From an uncultured delta proteobacterium (GTDB lineage Bacteria; Myxococcota_A; Polyangia; Polyangiales; Polyangiaceae), in NCBI GenBank assembly GCA_963841435.1, contig CAWJCS010000005.1:992001-1056000 (forward strand): a stretch of DNA of 64,000 nucleotides, in the 5' to 3' direction. Within the stretch, counting starts at the first letter, position 1; every line of letters begins with the position of its first letter. The position numbers were made by a program, and so were the translations under genes. Below, one piece after another: positions 17,860 to 28,317 of this stretch. Under the pieces are notes generated by a model. The model searched no databases. It saw nothing but the letters and a program-made list of their open reading frames with translations, and was not told where the DNA came from.

Positions 17860-19953
17860 ATGCGCGACTCTCTTCTTATTCAAACTTACTTGGCTTTGGT
17901 CGTCGTCGCCGCCTGCTCGGCGAGCGGCAGCGGCACCACCCCTGGGACCGATCTTTCGGGCGGTACCAGCGCGACGGGCGGCATCGTCGCCTCGGGGGGC
18001 AGCGGCGGCTCACTCGGCGGCAGCGCGGGCACCATCATGGCGAGCGGCGGCTCCCTGCCGGTCGGTGGCACCGGGGCGGAGGATCCCGACGCGCGCGAGC
18101 CGCTCTGTACGGCCGACTGCGCCGACCTGGCCTCGGACGGGCCTTTGCTCGACGACGGCGTGCCGGCGAACGCCCCGGACATGTTCGGCGGAAGCGCCTC
18201 GGGAAGCGGGCCCTGCATCCTCGAGCCGGGCGATCATTCGCTCGTCCCGTTCAACTGGCTGAGGCCCCGGGTCAAAATCGGCGGCTTCCAGTCCGGCACC
18301 ATCTATCAGATCAAGGTGAGCACGCCGCGCGAGAAGGACGTGCTGGTCGCCTACACGAACCGCGACACCTGGATCCTCCCGCCCGAGTACTGGGATAACG
18401 ACGACCCCGACGCCCCGAAGGGTCTCACCTACAACGCCTTCGACGAAGACATCACCGTCAGCGTGCGCGCGGCCGGCGGCGGTGAATCGAATGTCAGCTT
18501 CCAGATCGCACCGGTGAAGGCGGGAGGCTCGATGGTCTTCTGGAGCTCGAACACGACCGAGCCCGGTGCCAATACCAACGCGCTCTACGGCTTCGCCGCG
18601 GGCGACGAGGGCATCGTTTCGGCGCTCAAGCCCCTCGAAGTGCTCGAAACCATCATGGACGACAACGCGGGCAGCCCGAAGCGCGCCATCACCGACAGCC
18701 AGGTCGGCGCGGTTCCCGCGGGCGGCGTGCGCTGCGTCGGCTGCCACACGTCCACGCCGGACGGCGCCGCCGTGAACATCACCGATCACTGGCCCTGGAA
18801 CGTTCGGCTCGTGAACCTCTCCGGCGACAACCGTGGGCACGCCCCCGACTACGTGACCCCCATGGGCGACCTCTTGATGCAGATGCCCTGGCAGGGGGTC
18901 ACGACCTACTCGAAGGGCGATTGGGACGCCGGCCACCGCCGCTACGTGACTTCGTTCGCGCCGCGCCCGTCAACGGTCGCGAGCGAGCCCTGGAAGTTCT
19001 GGGGCGTCGACTGCGGCAACGGCGTCGAGTGCCCGTACACCGGCCACGACGACCTCATCTGGGTCGACCTCGCCGCCGCGGGCACGCCGCCCACCGACAA
19101 CAACGACAACGCGATCTCCAAGGCGCTCATCGCCGCGCAGAACGCCGGCTGGGGCATCATCGCCCGCACGGGCGACGCGAACGGCGCCGTGCTGCCCGAC
19201 TTCAGCCACGACGGCACGAGCATCGTCTACACGTCGACGGACGCGACGGCGGACGGGCACGTCGGCGTTCAGCCGTACAAGAACGTACCGGTGCCCACCA
19301 AGGTGGACCTCTTCACGGTGCCTTTCAACGACGGGCAGGGCGGCCCGGCGGCGCCCGTTGCCGGCGCGAGCGGGCCCGACGATGCCGAGTATTACCCGGA
19401 CTATTCGGCCGACGACGCGCTCCTCGCCTACACGCGCGTGTCGGGCTTCAAGCAGATCTTCGCGGCCGCCGCGAACGACGAGGGCAGGAAGATCTACTAT
19501 CGGCCCGAAGCCGAGGTGTTCGTGGTCCCGTCGGCGGGCGGCACCGCCACGCGCCTCGACGCGAACGACCCGCCGGCGTGCAGCGGTGAGTCGAGCCCGG
19601 GTGTCTACAACAGCTGGCCGAAGTGGTCGCCCATCGTGCGTGAGGCGAACGGCAAAAAGTACTATTTTCTGCTCTTTTCGAGCGCACGCCAGTCGGTCGG
19701 CAACATCAAGACCAAAGAGGGCACGGACGTGATGCCCGTCACGCGCATGTCGCAGCTCTACATGGCCGCCATCGTCGAGCAGGCCGGCGTGCTCACGTCC
19801 TACGGCGCCTCCTACCTCTGGAACCAGCGCTACCTCGTGACGGGCCCCAACGAGAACCCCGTGCTCAACGACTTCGCGCAGAACAACGTGACGCCTGCCT
19901 GGGACGAGTTCCAGGCACCGCCGGTCCCGCCGGTGGTCGTCGTCGTGAAGTAG
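17860..19953 (+). CDS. Myxobacterial TolB/PD40-like beta-propeller lipoprotein with a single CxxCH
   Basis: Lipobox VAAC, Gly/Ser linker, CVGCH, PDFSHDG, YPDYSADD, SWPKWSP. Confidence 0.75.
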   Translation: MRDSLLIQTYLALVVVAACSASGSGTTPGTDLSGGTSATGGIVASGGSGGSLGGSAGTIMASGGSLPVGGTGAEDPDAREPLCTADCADLASDGPLLDDGVPANAPDMFGGSASGSGPCILEPGDHSLVPFNWLRPRVKIGGFQSGTIYQIKVSTPREKDVLVAYTNRDTWILPPEYWDNDDPDAPKGLTYNAFDEDITVSVRAAGGGESNVSFQIAPVKAGGSMVFWSSNTTEPGANTNALYGFAAGDEGIVSALKPLEVLETIMDDNAGSPKRAITDSQVGAVPAGGVRCVGCHTSTPDGAAVNITDHWPWNVRLVNLSGDNRGHAPDYVTPMGDLLMQMPWQGVTTYSKGDWDAGHRRYVTSFAPRPSTVASEPWKFWGVDCGNGVECPYTGHDDLIWVDLAAAGTPPTDNNDNAISKALIAAQNAGWGIIARTGDANGAVLPDFSHDGTSIVYTSTDATADGHVGVQPYKNVPVPTKVDLFTVPFNDGQGGPAAPVAGASGPDDAEYYPDYSADDALLAYTRVSGFKQIFAAAANDEGRKIYYRPEAEVFVVPSAGGTATRLDANDPPACSGESSPGVYNSWPKWSPIVREANGKKYYFLLFSSARQSVGNIKTKEGTDVMPVTRMSQLYMAAIVEQAGVLTSYGASYLWNQRYLVTGPNENPVLNDFAQNNVTPAWDEFQAPPVPPVVVVVK

Positions 19954-19956
19954 CGC

Positions 19957-20286
19957 TCAGCCGGAGAGCTTCGCGAGCATGCCGCGCAGCGCCCCTGCGC
20001 GGCGCTCGTCGGACGCGCGCTCGCGTAGCCAGATGGCCTGGCGAAGCGCCTCGGCGGCCTCCACGGGGCGCCTCGCGCGAGCGCAATGCCCGCCGTAGAG
20101 CGCCCAGAGCCGCGCGTCGCCGTGGGCGAGCAAGCACGCCTCTCGGAGGGCGAGCATCGCCTGGCGGGTCTCGCCGCGACGAGTGTGGCGCTTCGCGCGA
20201 CGCAAGAGCGCGTCCTCGCGGCTCTCCGTCTCGACCGGGTGCGGCCTGTGACGCCGGGACATTGCGCTTGGAAGTGCGAAAGCCAT
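19957..20286 (-). CDS. Small TPR-like hypothetical protein
   Basis: RRGETRQAMLALREAC...DARLWALYG...EAAEALRQA helical repeat pattern; start uncertain. Confidence 0.55.
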   Translation of the reverse strand: MAFALPSAMSRRHRPHPVETESREDALLRRAKRHTRRGETRQAMLALREACLLAHGDARLWALYGGHCARARRPVEAAEALRQAIWLRERASDERRAGALRGMLAKLSG

Positions 20287-20414
20287 GCCAACCTCCATCC
20301 TTTCGTCGCCGAGCTCGCTTTCAATGATTCCGCGAGCTCCGGCGCCCGTCCCACATGGTGCGCGACGCGACCCCCGTCACGAGCGTGACAGCAGCGTCAC
20401 ACCGCGAGCAACGC

Positions 20415-21146
20415 TCAGGGATCCGAGAGCAGCGCGAACGGCCGATCCTGCGAGGGTGCCCCGCTGCCGTGCTGGAGCAGCTCCGAGCGGAAGATGACGG
20501 TGCCGTCAGCTGCCGTGATCTCGCCGGCGAGATCGCGCCCCGGCAGCGCAGCGCTCGCCGTGATGCCGAGGCTCGCCTCCTTGTCACCGAGGCGCACGCG
20601 ATAGCTCTTCGTCTCGCAGTCGAGCTCCGCGGGGCCGACCGTGCAGGTGCCGCGGGTCGTCGCGGCGAGCCCGTCGTTCTCGTCCGGTACGACGCTCGTC
20701 GCGGCCATGAGCGCGTCATAGTCGGCGAGGGTGCCGTTCTCTTCGGCGCCGCCGGAAACGCGAGTTACGCGAGCAATTTCGCCGTTTTCGTCGAGCCAGG
20801 TGCGGATGCCGCGGCTGCCCGTGGAGTCCTCGAGCGTGTACTCGATGATCCAGGCATCGTTCTCGTGCGCCACGACGCGCTCGGTGAGGAGCGCAGGCTG
20901 CTTTCTGAAGCTGCCGCTGATCATGTGCACGAAGAAGTCGCCGACGTGGCGATTGGAAGCGGTTTCACCCGCGGCGGGAGACTCACTCGCGGGTGCGGGC
21001 GGGATCGCCGAAGGCGCGGAGGCGGGCGGCGCCTCCGGAAAGAGCACGCTGCAACCGACGCTCGTCAGAACGAGCAACGGGAGCGCACCGAACAGGCACA
21101 CTGGACGGCAGGCGGGGGGAGGGAAACCCGAACTCGACTTGGGCAT
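20415..21146 (-). CDS. Hypothetical lipoprotein
   Basis: Lipobox SVGC, Pro/Ala linker and a beta-rich domain. Confidence 0.65.
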   Translation of the reverse strand: MPKSSSGFPPPACRPVCLFGALPLLVLTSVGCSVLFPEAPPASAPSAIPPAPASESPAAGETASNRHVGDFFVHMISGSFRKQPALLTERVVAHENDAWIIEYTLEDSTGSRGIRTWLDENGEIARVTRVSGGAEENGTLADYDALMAATSVVPDENDGLAATTRGTCTVGPAELDCETKSYRVRLGDKEASLGITASAALPGRDLAGEITAADGTVIFRSELLQHGSGAPSQDRPFALLSDP

Positions 21147-21247
21147 GCTGTCGGCCTTATCGGACCCTCGACACACGGGCCAACTTTCGGGGAAAAGCCG
21201 CCGTACGGGTGAATTCCGGGGATGAAAGCTGGTATCTTGGGACGTCG

Positions 21248-22846
21248 ATGCCGAACGCGCCCGACGCCCCGGAGAGCGATAGCGCGCGCTCGCAGCGCGA
21301 GCGAACTGAGAGCGCGCTCGAGCAATCGGAGCAGCGCTTCCAGAGCGTCGTCCAGAGCGCGCCCGACGGGGTGGCGATCCTGCGCGGTGCCACGATTCTC
21401 TATTTGAACCCGCGTGGCGCCCGAATGCTCGGGCTCGAGACCCCGGAGGCCGGCATCGGACGACGCATCACCGAGTTCATCGAGTCGGATCAGTCCGGGG
21501 ACGCCGCGGAGCGCATTCGCGACCTCTTGCGAACGGGCAACCAGGCGGAGACGCCGCACGAGTACCGCTCCCACTCACTCGACGGCCGCACGCTCGTCGT
21601 GGAGATTAGCTCCATTCGCATCGAGTTTCTGGGGGGACCCGCCGTGCTCGCCTTCGCCCGCGACGTGACCGAGCGAAAGGCGCTCCAGGCCCGCGTGGCC
21701 CAGGCCGAGCGGCTCTCCGCGCTCGGCGTGCTCTCCGCCGGCGTGGCGCACGAGATCAACAACCCGCTCGCCTACGTGCTCTTGAATCTGGAGTTTCTCG
21801 AGCAATACCTCGACTCCACTCCGGACGGCCCGGAACGCGAGCTTTTGCTCAAGCGCGTGCTCGAGGCGAAACACGGCGCCGACCGCGTCGCGACCATCGT
21901 GCGTGATCTTCGTACCTTCGCGCGTGACGATGCGACCTCGCGCGGCGCCGTCAGCGTCGAGACGACGCTCGAGACGGCGATCAACCTGGTGTCGGCTTCG
22001 CTCGCCACGCGAGCGCGGCTGATCCGCCGCTACCGACCGGTCTCGCTCGTGCTCGGCAATGCCGCCCGACTCGAGCAGGTGTTCGTCAACCTGCTCGTCA
22101 ATGCCGCGCAAGCGATTCCCGAGGGTGGGTCGCCCGAGACACACGCGATCACGGTTGCCGTTTCGGAAAGCGAAGCCGGCGTACAGGTCGCGTTCACCGA
22201 CACGGGCGTCGGCATGCCGGAAGAAACCAAGCAGCAGATCTTCGATCCCTTCTTCACGACGAAAGCCCCGGGTGTCGGCACGGGCCTCGGGCTTCCCATC
22301 TGCCAGGGCATCGTGCGAGCGCACGGCGGCTCGCTCAACGTCGACACGACCGAGGGCGAAGGCAGCACCTTCACGGTGACGCTGCCCAAATTCGTGGGGG
22401 TTCCCATGGTGAGCGAGCCCGAACAACCGGCGCCGCGCGGCGACCAGGGCCGCGGCAGGGTGCTCATCGTCAACGACGACGTGAACGTGGGCAAGACGCT
22501 GAGCCTCGCCCTTCAGCCGATTCACGACATCACGGTGGTGACGAGCGGACCAGCAGCTCTCGCCGAGCTCCGAGCGGCGCGCGGTAGCTACGACGCGATC
22601 CTCTGCGACGTGCTCATGCCCGGCATGACGGGCCGAGAGCTCTTCGACGCTGCACGGGACGAGCTCCCCGAGCTCGACGCGCGCTTCATTTTCATGTCCG
22701 GCGCGCTGTTCACGGGCGGCACGGCCGAGCTCGCCGCGACCTCGCGCAATCGCGTGCTCGAGAAGCCCTTCGACATCCAGCAGGTGCGGGACGCCTTGCA
22801 GAGCGTGGTCGCACGCGTACGACAGCGCTCGTCGCGCGAGCCCTGA
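21248..22846 (+). CDS. Hybrid sensor histidine kinase (PAS-HisKA-HATPase-REC)
   Basis: PAS ending RDVTERK, AHEINNPL, NLLVNA, DTGVG, FFTTK, GTGLGL; receiver ILCDVLMP...KPF. Confidence 0.95.
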   Translation: MPNAPDAPESDSARSQRERTESALEQSEQRFQSVVQSAPDGVAILRGATILYLNPRGARMLGLETPEAGIGRRITEFIESDQSGDAAERIRDLLRTGNQAETPHEYRSHSLDGRTLVVEISSIRIEFLGGPAVLAFARDVTERKALQARVAQAERLSALGVLSAGVAHEINNPLAYVLLNLEFLEQYLDSTPDGPERELLLKRVLEAKHGADRVATIVRDLRTFARDDATSRGAVSVETTLETAINLVSASLATRARLIRRYRPVSLVLGNAARLEQVFVNLLVNAAQAIPEGGSPETHAITVAVSESEAGVQVAFTDTGVGMPEETKQQIFDPFFTTKAPGVGTGLGLPICQGIVRAHGGSLNVDTTEGEGSTFTVTLPKFVGVPMVSEPEQPAPRGDQGRGRVLIVNDDVNVGKTLSLALQPIHDITVVTSGPAALAELRAARGSYDAILCDVLMPGMTGRELFDAARDELPELDARFIFMSGALFTGGTAELAATSRNRVLEKPFDIQQVRDALQSVVARVRQRSSREP

Positions 22847-22858
22847 AAAAAGCGCCGC

Positions 22859-25800
22859 TCAGCCGCCCATCAACGACGGCAGCTCGGCACTCAGCACGAT
22901 TCCCTCCGCCGCAGCGCGCGACCGAATCTTTTCCAGGAAATCGGGCAGCATCACGGCCGCCCCGGTCGCGAGCGCGGACGCGCCCACGGCCGTGGCCCAG
23001 CCGAAGGGGCCGAGCGGACGACAGCCGAACGCCTGACTGACGCCCGGCGTCTGCACGATCGCCACGAGCACCGCCGTCGAAGCGAGGCTCGTGACGATCA
23101 CGGGACGGCTCATGCCGCCGGAAAACAGCGTCTGGCCGAGCTGCGTGCCGACGAGCGCCACGAGACCCACGGTGCTCGCCCGCGCGCGCGTGCCCGTGAA
23201 GTGCGCGATACCCCAGGCCGCGCTCGCCCCGAGCGCCGTGAGCGCCGCGCGAGCGACAATCTGACGGGTCAGGAGCTCCCCGAGGGAGGCGTCCGGCCCC
23301 TCGTGGGCGAGCGCGGCGGGCGACCGCGGCACGGGGGGGCGGAGCGCGATGGCCATGGCAGGCGCCACATCGGTGAGCAGGTTGACGAGCAGGAGCTGGC
23401 GCGGATTGAGCGGCGGGCGGCCGTCGATCAAGCCCGCGCCCAGCGTGAAGCCGATCTCGCCGAGGTTGCCGCCGACGAGAATCGAGACGGCGTCGCGCAC
23501 GGCGGCCCACATCGCGCGACCCTCGAGCACGGCGTCGACCAGCGTCTCGAGGCGCGCGTCGGTGAGCAGAATGTCGGCGGCGGCGCGGGCGGCCGTCGTG
23601 CTGTGCTCACCCACGGCGATACCCACGTTGCTGAGCCGGATGGCGGGCGCGTCATTGGCACCGTCACCGACCATGGCGACCACGCGCCCGGCGCGCTGCA
23701 GAGCACGCACGATGCGCACTTTCTGCGCGGGCGTCACGCGCGCGAAGACCGAGACGCGGCGAATGCGACGTGCCAGGTCGGCGTCGCTGATGTCCGAGAG
23801 CTCGGCGCCCGACAGCACACCTCCCGGACTCTGGAGCCCGAGGTCGCGAGCGACGGCCTGCGCCGTGCCGGGGTGGTCGCCCGTGATCATCACGGTGCGG
23901 ACCCCCGCGCGCGACAGCTCCACGATGGCCTGGGCCGCGCTCGCGCGCACGGGGTCGCTGAAGGCGAGGAAGCCGAGGAACGTGAGCCCGACCAACCTTC
24001 TCGGGTCGAGGCTGTCACCCTCGGCGACGAGCCGCTCGGCCACGGCCAGCACGCGCAAACCCTGGGCGGCGAGGGCCGCCGCGCGCCCGCCGAGCTCGGC
24101 GGAGGTCGCGTCATCGAGCGGCTGGCGCTGACCGCCACGCCGCACACCGGTGCAGCGCGCGAGCACCACTTCGGGCGCCCCCTTCACGTCGATGACGACG
24201 CCCTGGTCGCAGTTGCCGACCGTCGCGTGGTAGCCGCGCCCGGCCTCGAACGACACCTCATAGGAGCGGCGAAACCCGGGGCAGGCGTAGTCGAGCGGCA
24301 GCTCGAGGCGGTCGGCGGCCCGGTACAGGGCCTGCTCGGTGGGGTCGAACGAGCGGCCCCCGCGCTCCGCCGACGCCCTGAGCGCGGCGCCGAGCACGGG
24401 CAGCGTCACGGCGTCGAGGTTCGGCAGTCGCTGCTCGGCGCTGCCGTCGGCCGCGAGGACGAGCTCGATGCGTCCCTCCGTGAGCGTCCCCGTCTTGTCG
24501 ACGCACAGCACGTCGATGCGACCGAGCGCTTCGATGCTGCGGACGTTGCGCACGAGCGCGCCGCGCTTGGCGAGGCGCTCCGCGGCGGCGAGCTGGGCGG
24601 CCGTCGCGAGCAGCGGCAACCCTTCGGGCACCGATGCCACCGCGAGACTCACGCCGCTGCCCACGAGATCCTCGAGCTTTCGTCCCCGCACGAGGCCGGC
24701 GATGACGAGCCCCGCTCCGGCTCCGAGCGCGATGGGGCCGGTCAGCTGGATCAGCGAGCGCAGGCGCCGCTCGACGCCGCCGCGCGCGGCGTCCATCTTG
24801 CTCGCGACCGCGCCTCGACGCGCTTCGGTCTCGTCGCCAACGGCGACGACGACGCCGGTCACGCGGCCCGCCGCGATTGCCGTGCCTTCGTAGAGCATCG
24901 AGCTGCGGTCCGCGACGTTGAGATCGAAGGAAGGCTTCGCCTGCTTTTTGACCGGCATCGACTCGCCCGTCATGCTCGAGGCGTCGATCTCGAGCGAGTC
25001 GGCCTCGAGGATGCGACAGTCGGCCGGCACGACGTCGCCCGCCGCGAGCAGCACGACGTCGCCGTGCACGAGCTCCACGTCGTCGATCTCCGAAAGCTGT
25101 CCGCCGCGGCGCACCATGGCCCGGCGCCGCGCCGAGCGTGAAAGCTCCTTGATGGCCTGCTCCGTGCGGAAGCGCTGCACGCCGCCCACGAGCGCATTGA
25201 GCACGACGACGCCGCCCACCATCGTGGCGTCGGCGAACGAGCCCACCGCCGCCGAAAGTCCCGCGCCGGCCGCGAGCAGCGGCGCGAGCGGATTGAACAG
25301 CTCGTCGCTCACGGCCTCGAGCAGCTCGACGACGCCCGACCGGCGGGCAATCTCGCGGCGCCGGCGCAGGATGGCCTGCTTGCGCTCGAGTCCTTCCGGA
25401 CCCGTACCGAGGCGCACGAGCACGGCGCGCACGTCGAGCGCGTGCCACGGCGTGCGGTCGCGAGGTGGCGGCAGCGCGCGACGCACGAGGTTCAGCGAGC
25501 CGCGCGCCCCGTTCAGCATGGAGACGATCGACGCCGCATTGACGACGGCGATCACGCGCCGGCCCGTGAGGGGCAAAACGCCACCCGCCGAGACGAGCGC
25601 ACCGAGCGTCGCGGCACCGAGCGCGATGTTGACGCTCTGCTTGGCGACCTGACGGGCGACGCTCGCCGCGTGGATGATGAAGCGCGGCTCGGAAAGGTCG
25701 TCCGAGCAGAGAATGTGCGCGCCCCAGGGCGGCGCTTCCCCGGGGCGCAGGAGTCCGATCGCGACATCGGCCGCCGCGAGCGCCGCCGCCGTGCCCGTCG

Positions 25801-27286
25801 CGCCGATCACGCACACGCCGCGACCCTCGCGCTGCAGCCGCTGGATGCCGCGCAGCATGCCCTCGCCGTCGGGGATGGTGTCGTCGGCGGCGATGCCGTG
25901 CAGCACGGCGTCGGTGCGCGCCGCAATCACGACGCGCATCCCCGACTCGTGGGCCGCGGCCACGAGCTCGTCGATGCCGAGGCGCGAAACGATCTCGATC
26001 TCGGCGAGCCCCACGACACGACCCTTGAGCTCGAGCGAGAGCACGAGACCGCCCTGATCGCCGAGCTCGCCGGCGCCGGCGACGAGCTCCAAGGGCAGCT
26101 CGCCCGAGTGGGCGCCGAGCGGCTCGAGCACCATGCCCTCCTGTACGCGGCGCGCGACGGGGCGGTCGGGGTCGAACAGCGCGGCCACTGCGTCGCGCGC
26201 CGCCTGCTCGTCCTGATCGGGCGCGAGCACGAGCCGCCGGATCTCCCAGCGGTGGCGCGCCACGAGCTCCCCCGTGAGCACGAGGCAGTCGACGCGGTCG
26301 AGGCGCCGCAACACCGCCGGGTCGAGCACGAGGACCCCACGGCGTGCGAGCGCACGACCGAGCTCGGCGGAGAAAACGTCGCGTCCCAGCTGCGCCGGCT
26401 TGGGCAACCCACCGAACAGCGCCGCCACGGCGCGCTGCACGTTGCGCGTCGCGATGAAGCTCACCAAGAAACCGGCGAGCGACACGAACACGGCGCGATC
26501 GGAATACTCCTCGATGGGTCCGCGCGGCAGCGGGCAGGGTCGCGGCTCCACGGCAGCAATGGGCGGCGCTTCCGGCACGTTGCGCCCGTAAAGCTCGGGC
26601 TCCCGCGCCTCGAAGCTGCGACGGCGCGCGTTGACCTCCGACAGCTTGACGGCATGGTGCAAGAGCTCGACGAACGCGCTGCCCGGGCGCTGTGCCACGC
26701 CATGGCCGAACGCAGCACCCACCTCGAGCATCAGGTCGGCGCGCAATGGACCGAGCCGCTCGTCGAGCGCTCGCCTGAGCCGTGGCGTCAACTGCACGAT
26801 TTGCAGGAGCGACGCGAGCGTGCCCGCGGCGCGCACCGCAGGAATCAACGAGAAGCGCAGGGCGCTGCCGCCCGCGAACGCGAGCGCCTCGGCCGCCAGC
26901 ACGACGAGCAACCGCTCGCTGGCCTCCGGATCGACGGGGTGCTGCCACGCCGTGTCGCGAAACGGAGCCGTGTGCACCGAAACGGAGCGCTCGGCAGCCT
27001 CGACGCACTCGACGAGCTCCTCGAGCGTCAGACCCTCGTCCTCGAGCTCGATCACGATGCGCTGCAGTGGCGCGCTGACCCGCACCGAGTGAACGCCGGG
27101 AAGCTCGCAGAGCTCGGCTTCGAGCGCGCGCTTGAGCTCGTCGAGCTCCACGCCGCGCACGTCTCTGAGCTCGACGTGGGCTCGTGCCGGGCCGAGCCAG
27201 GCGCGCCGCTGCCGCGGACCGAATTGTCGCGCCGTGACGGAGAGTGCGTTCTGCACCCGGGTGAGGACGCTGAAGACGGTCGCCAT
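22859..27286 (-). CDS. Large cation-translocating P-type ATPase (CtpH/CtpI-like architecture)
   Basis: TGES, PEGLP, DKTGTLT, KGAPE, MITGDH, GDGAND; about 600-aa N-terminal extension. Confidence 0.92.
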   Translation of the reverse strand: MATVFSVLTRVQNALSVTARQFGPRQRRAWLGPARAHVELRDVRGVELDELKRALEAELCELPGVHSVRVSAPLQRIVIELEDEGLTLEELVECVEAAERSVSVHTAPFRDTAWQHPVDPEASERLLVVLAAEALAFAGGSALRFSLIPAVRAAGTLASLLQIVQLTPRLRRALDERLGPLRADLMLEVGAAFGHGVAQRPGSAFVELLHHAVKLSEVNARRRSFEAREPELYGRNVPEAPPIAAVEPRPCPLPRGPIEEYSDRAVFVSLAGFLVSFIATRNVQRAVAALFGGLPKPAQLGRDVFSAELGRALARRGVLVLDPAVLRRLDRVDCLVLTGELVARHRWEIRRLVLAPDQDEQAARDAVAALFDPDRPVARRVQEGMVLEPLGAHSGELPLELVAGAGELGDQGGLVLSLELKGRVVGLAEIEIVSRLGIDELVAAAHESGMRVVIAARTDAVLHGIAADDTIPDGEGMLRGIQRLQREGRGVCVIGATGTAAALAAADVAIGLLRPGEAPPWGAHILCSDDLSEPRFIIHAASVARQVAKQSVNIALGAATLGALVSAGGVLPLTGRRVIAVVNAASIVSMLNGARGSLNLVRRALPPPRDRTPWHALDVRAVLVRLGTGPEGLERKQAILRRRREIARRSGVVELLEAVSDELFNPLAPLLAAGAGLSAAVGSFADATMVGGVVVLNALVGGVQRFRTEQAIKELSRSARRRAMVRRGGQLSEIDDVELVHGDVVLLAAGDVVPADCRILEADSLEIDASSMTGESMPVKKQAKPSFDLNVADRSSMLYEGTAIAAGRVTGVVVAVGDETEARRGAVASKMDAARGGVERRLRSLIQLTGPIALGAGAGLVIAGLVRGRKLEDLVGSGVSLAVASVPEGLPLLATAAQLAAAERLAKRGALVRNVRSIEALGRIDVLCVDKTGTLTEGRIELVLAADGSAEQRLPNLDAVTLPVLGAALRASAERGGRSFDPTEQALYRAADRLELPLDYACPGFRRSYEVSFEAGRGYHATVGNCDQGVVIDVKGAPEVVLARCTGVRRGGQRQPLDDATSAELGGRAAALAAQGLRVLAVAERLVAEGDSLDPRRLVGLTFLGFLAFSDPVRASAAQAIVELSRAGVRTVMITGDHPGTAQAVARDLGLQSPGGVLSGAELSDISDADLARRIRRVSVFARVTPAQKVRIVRALQRAGRVVAMVGDGANDAPAIRLSNVGIAVGEHSTTAARAAADILLTDARLETLVDAVLEGRAMWAAVRDAVSILVGGNLGEIGFTLGAGLIDGRPPLNPRQLLLVNLLTDVAPAMAIALRPPVPRSPAALAHEGPDASLGELLTRQIVARAALTALGASAAWGIAHFTGTRARASTVGLVALVGTQLGQTLFSGGMSRPVIVTSLASTAVLVAIVQTPGVSQAFGCRPLGPFGWATAVGASALATGAAVMLPDFLEKIRSRAAAEGIVLSAELPSLMGG

Positions 27287-27291
27287 ACGTT

Positions 27292-28251
27292 TCAGGTCGC
27301 GGCAAACTGCTCGGTCGCGCTCACCAGCTCGTGAACGATACCAGGCTCGAACGCCGAATGGCCCGCATCGGCGACCACACGAAAATCCGCCTCGGGCCAG
27401 GCGCGTGCGAGCTCGTAGGCGCTCGCGAGCGGGCAAATGACGTCATAACGACCCTGCACGATGACGGCAGGGATCTTGCGGATCTTCTCGACGTCCTCGA
27501 TCAGCTGATTTTCGCGCGAAAGGAAGCCGCCGTTGACGAAGTAGTGGCACTCGATGCGCGCAAACGCGAGGCTGAACTGGTCGCCGGCGCAGCTTGCGAT
27601 GTACTCGCGATCCTGAATCAGGTGCGCCGTGCTCGCTTCCCACACGCTCCAGGCACGCGCAGCCTCCTGCCGCACGACGGGATTTTCGCTCGTCAAGCGC
27701 CGGTGATAGGCGGCCATGAGATCACCGCGCTCGGCCTCGGGCACGGGCGCGAGGTAGGCCTGCCAGGCCTCCGGGAAGAACAGACTCGCGCCGCGCTGGT
27801 AGAACCAATCGAGCTCCCAGCGGCGGAGCAAGAAGATGCCGCGCAGCACGAGCTGGGCGACGCGATCCGGATGCTTCTCCGCGTAGGCGAGCGCCAGGGT
27901 GCTGCCCCACGAGCCGCCGAACACGAGCCAACGATCGATGCCTAGGTGCTCGCGCAGCGCCTCGATGTCCGACACCAGGTGCCACGTAGTGTTGTCGGCG
28001 AGCGACGCGTGCGGCTTGCTCTTGCCGCAGCCGCGCTGGTCGAAGAGCACGATGCGGTAGCGCTCCGGATCGAAGAACCGGCGCTGGCGCGGGCTCGTGC
28101 CACCCCCCGGGCCGCCATGCAGGAAAACCGCGGGCTTGCCGCGAGGGTTGCCCGACTCTTCGAAGTAGATCGAATGCTCCGGGCTCACCTTGAGAAAGCC
28201 GGTCCGGTAGGGTTGGACCTCGGCGTAAAAACCACGACGCGACTCGCTCAT
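27292..28251 (-). CDS. pip: Proline iminopeptidase (S33)
   Basis: HGGPG, FDQRGCG, GGSWGS, GRYDVIC, AGHS. Confidence 0.95.
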   Translation of the reverse strand: MSESRRGFYAEVQPYRTGFLKVSPEHSIYFEESGNPRGKPAVFLHGGPGGGTSPRQRRFFDPERYRIVLFDQRGCGKSKPHASLADNTTWHLVSDIEALREHLGIDRWLVFGGSWGSTLALAYAEKHPDRVAQLVLRGIFLLRRWELDWFYQRGASLFFPEAWQAYLAPVPEAERGDLMAAYHRRLTSENPVVRQEAARAWSVWEASTAHLIQDREYIASCAGDQFSLAFARIECHYFVNGGFLSRENQLIEDVEKIRKIPAVIVQGRYDVICPLASAYELARAWPEADFRVVADAGHSAFEPGIVHELVSATEQFAAT

Positions 28252-28317
28252 CGGAAGAGCCAGCGTGCCAGACCGCTGGGCGTGCGTCGAGTGCTCGGTC
28301 GTGTTACGCAACCGACC

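Noticed and set aside
22460-22480. Receiver domain starts VLIVNDD instead of VLIVDDD
   Set aside because: The phospho-acceptor Asp, Ser and Lys are retained, so there is no basis for calling it a pseudo-receiver.
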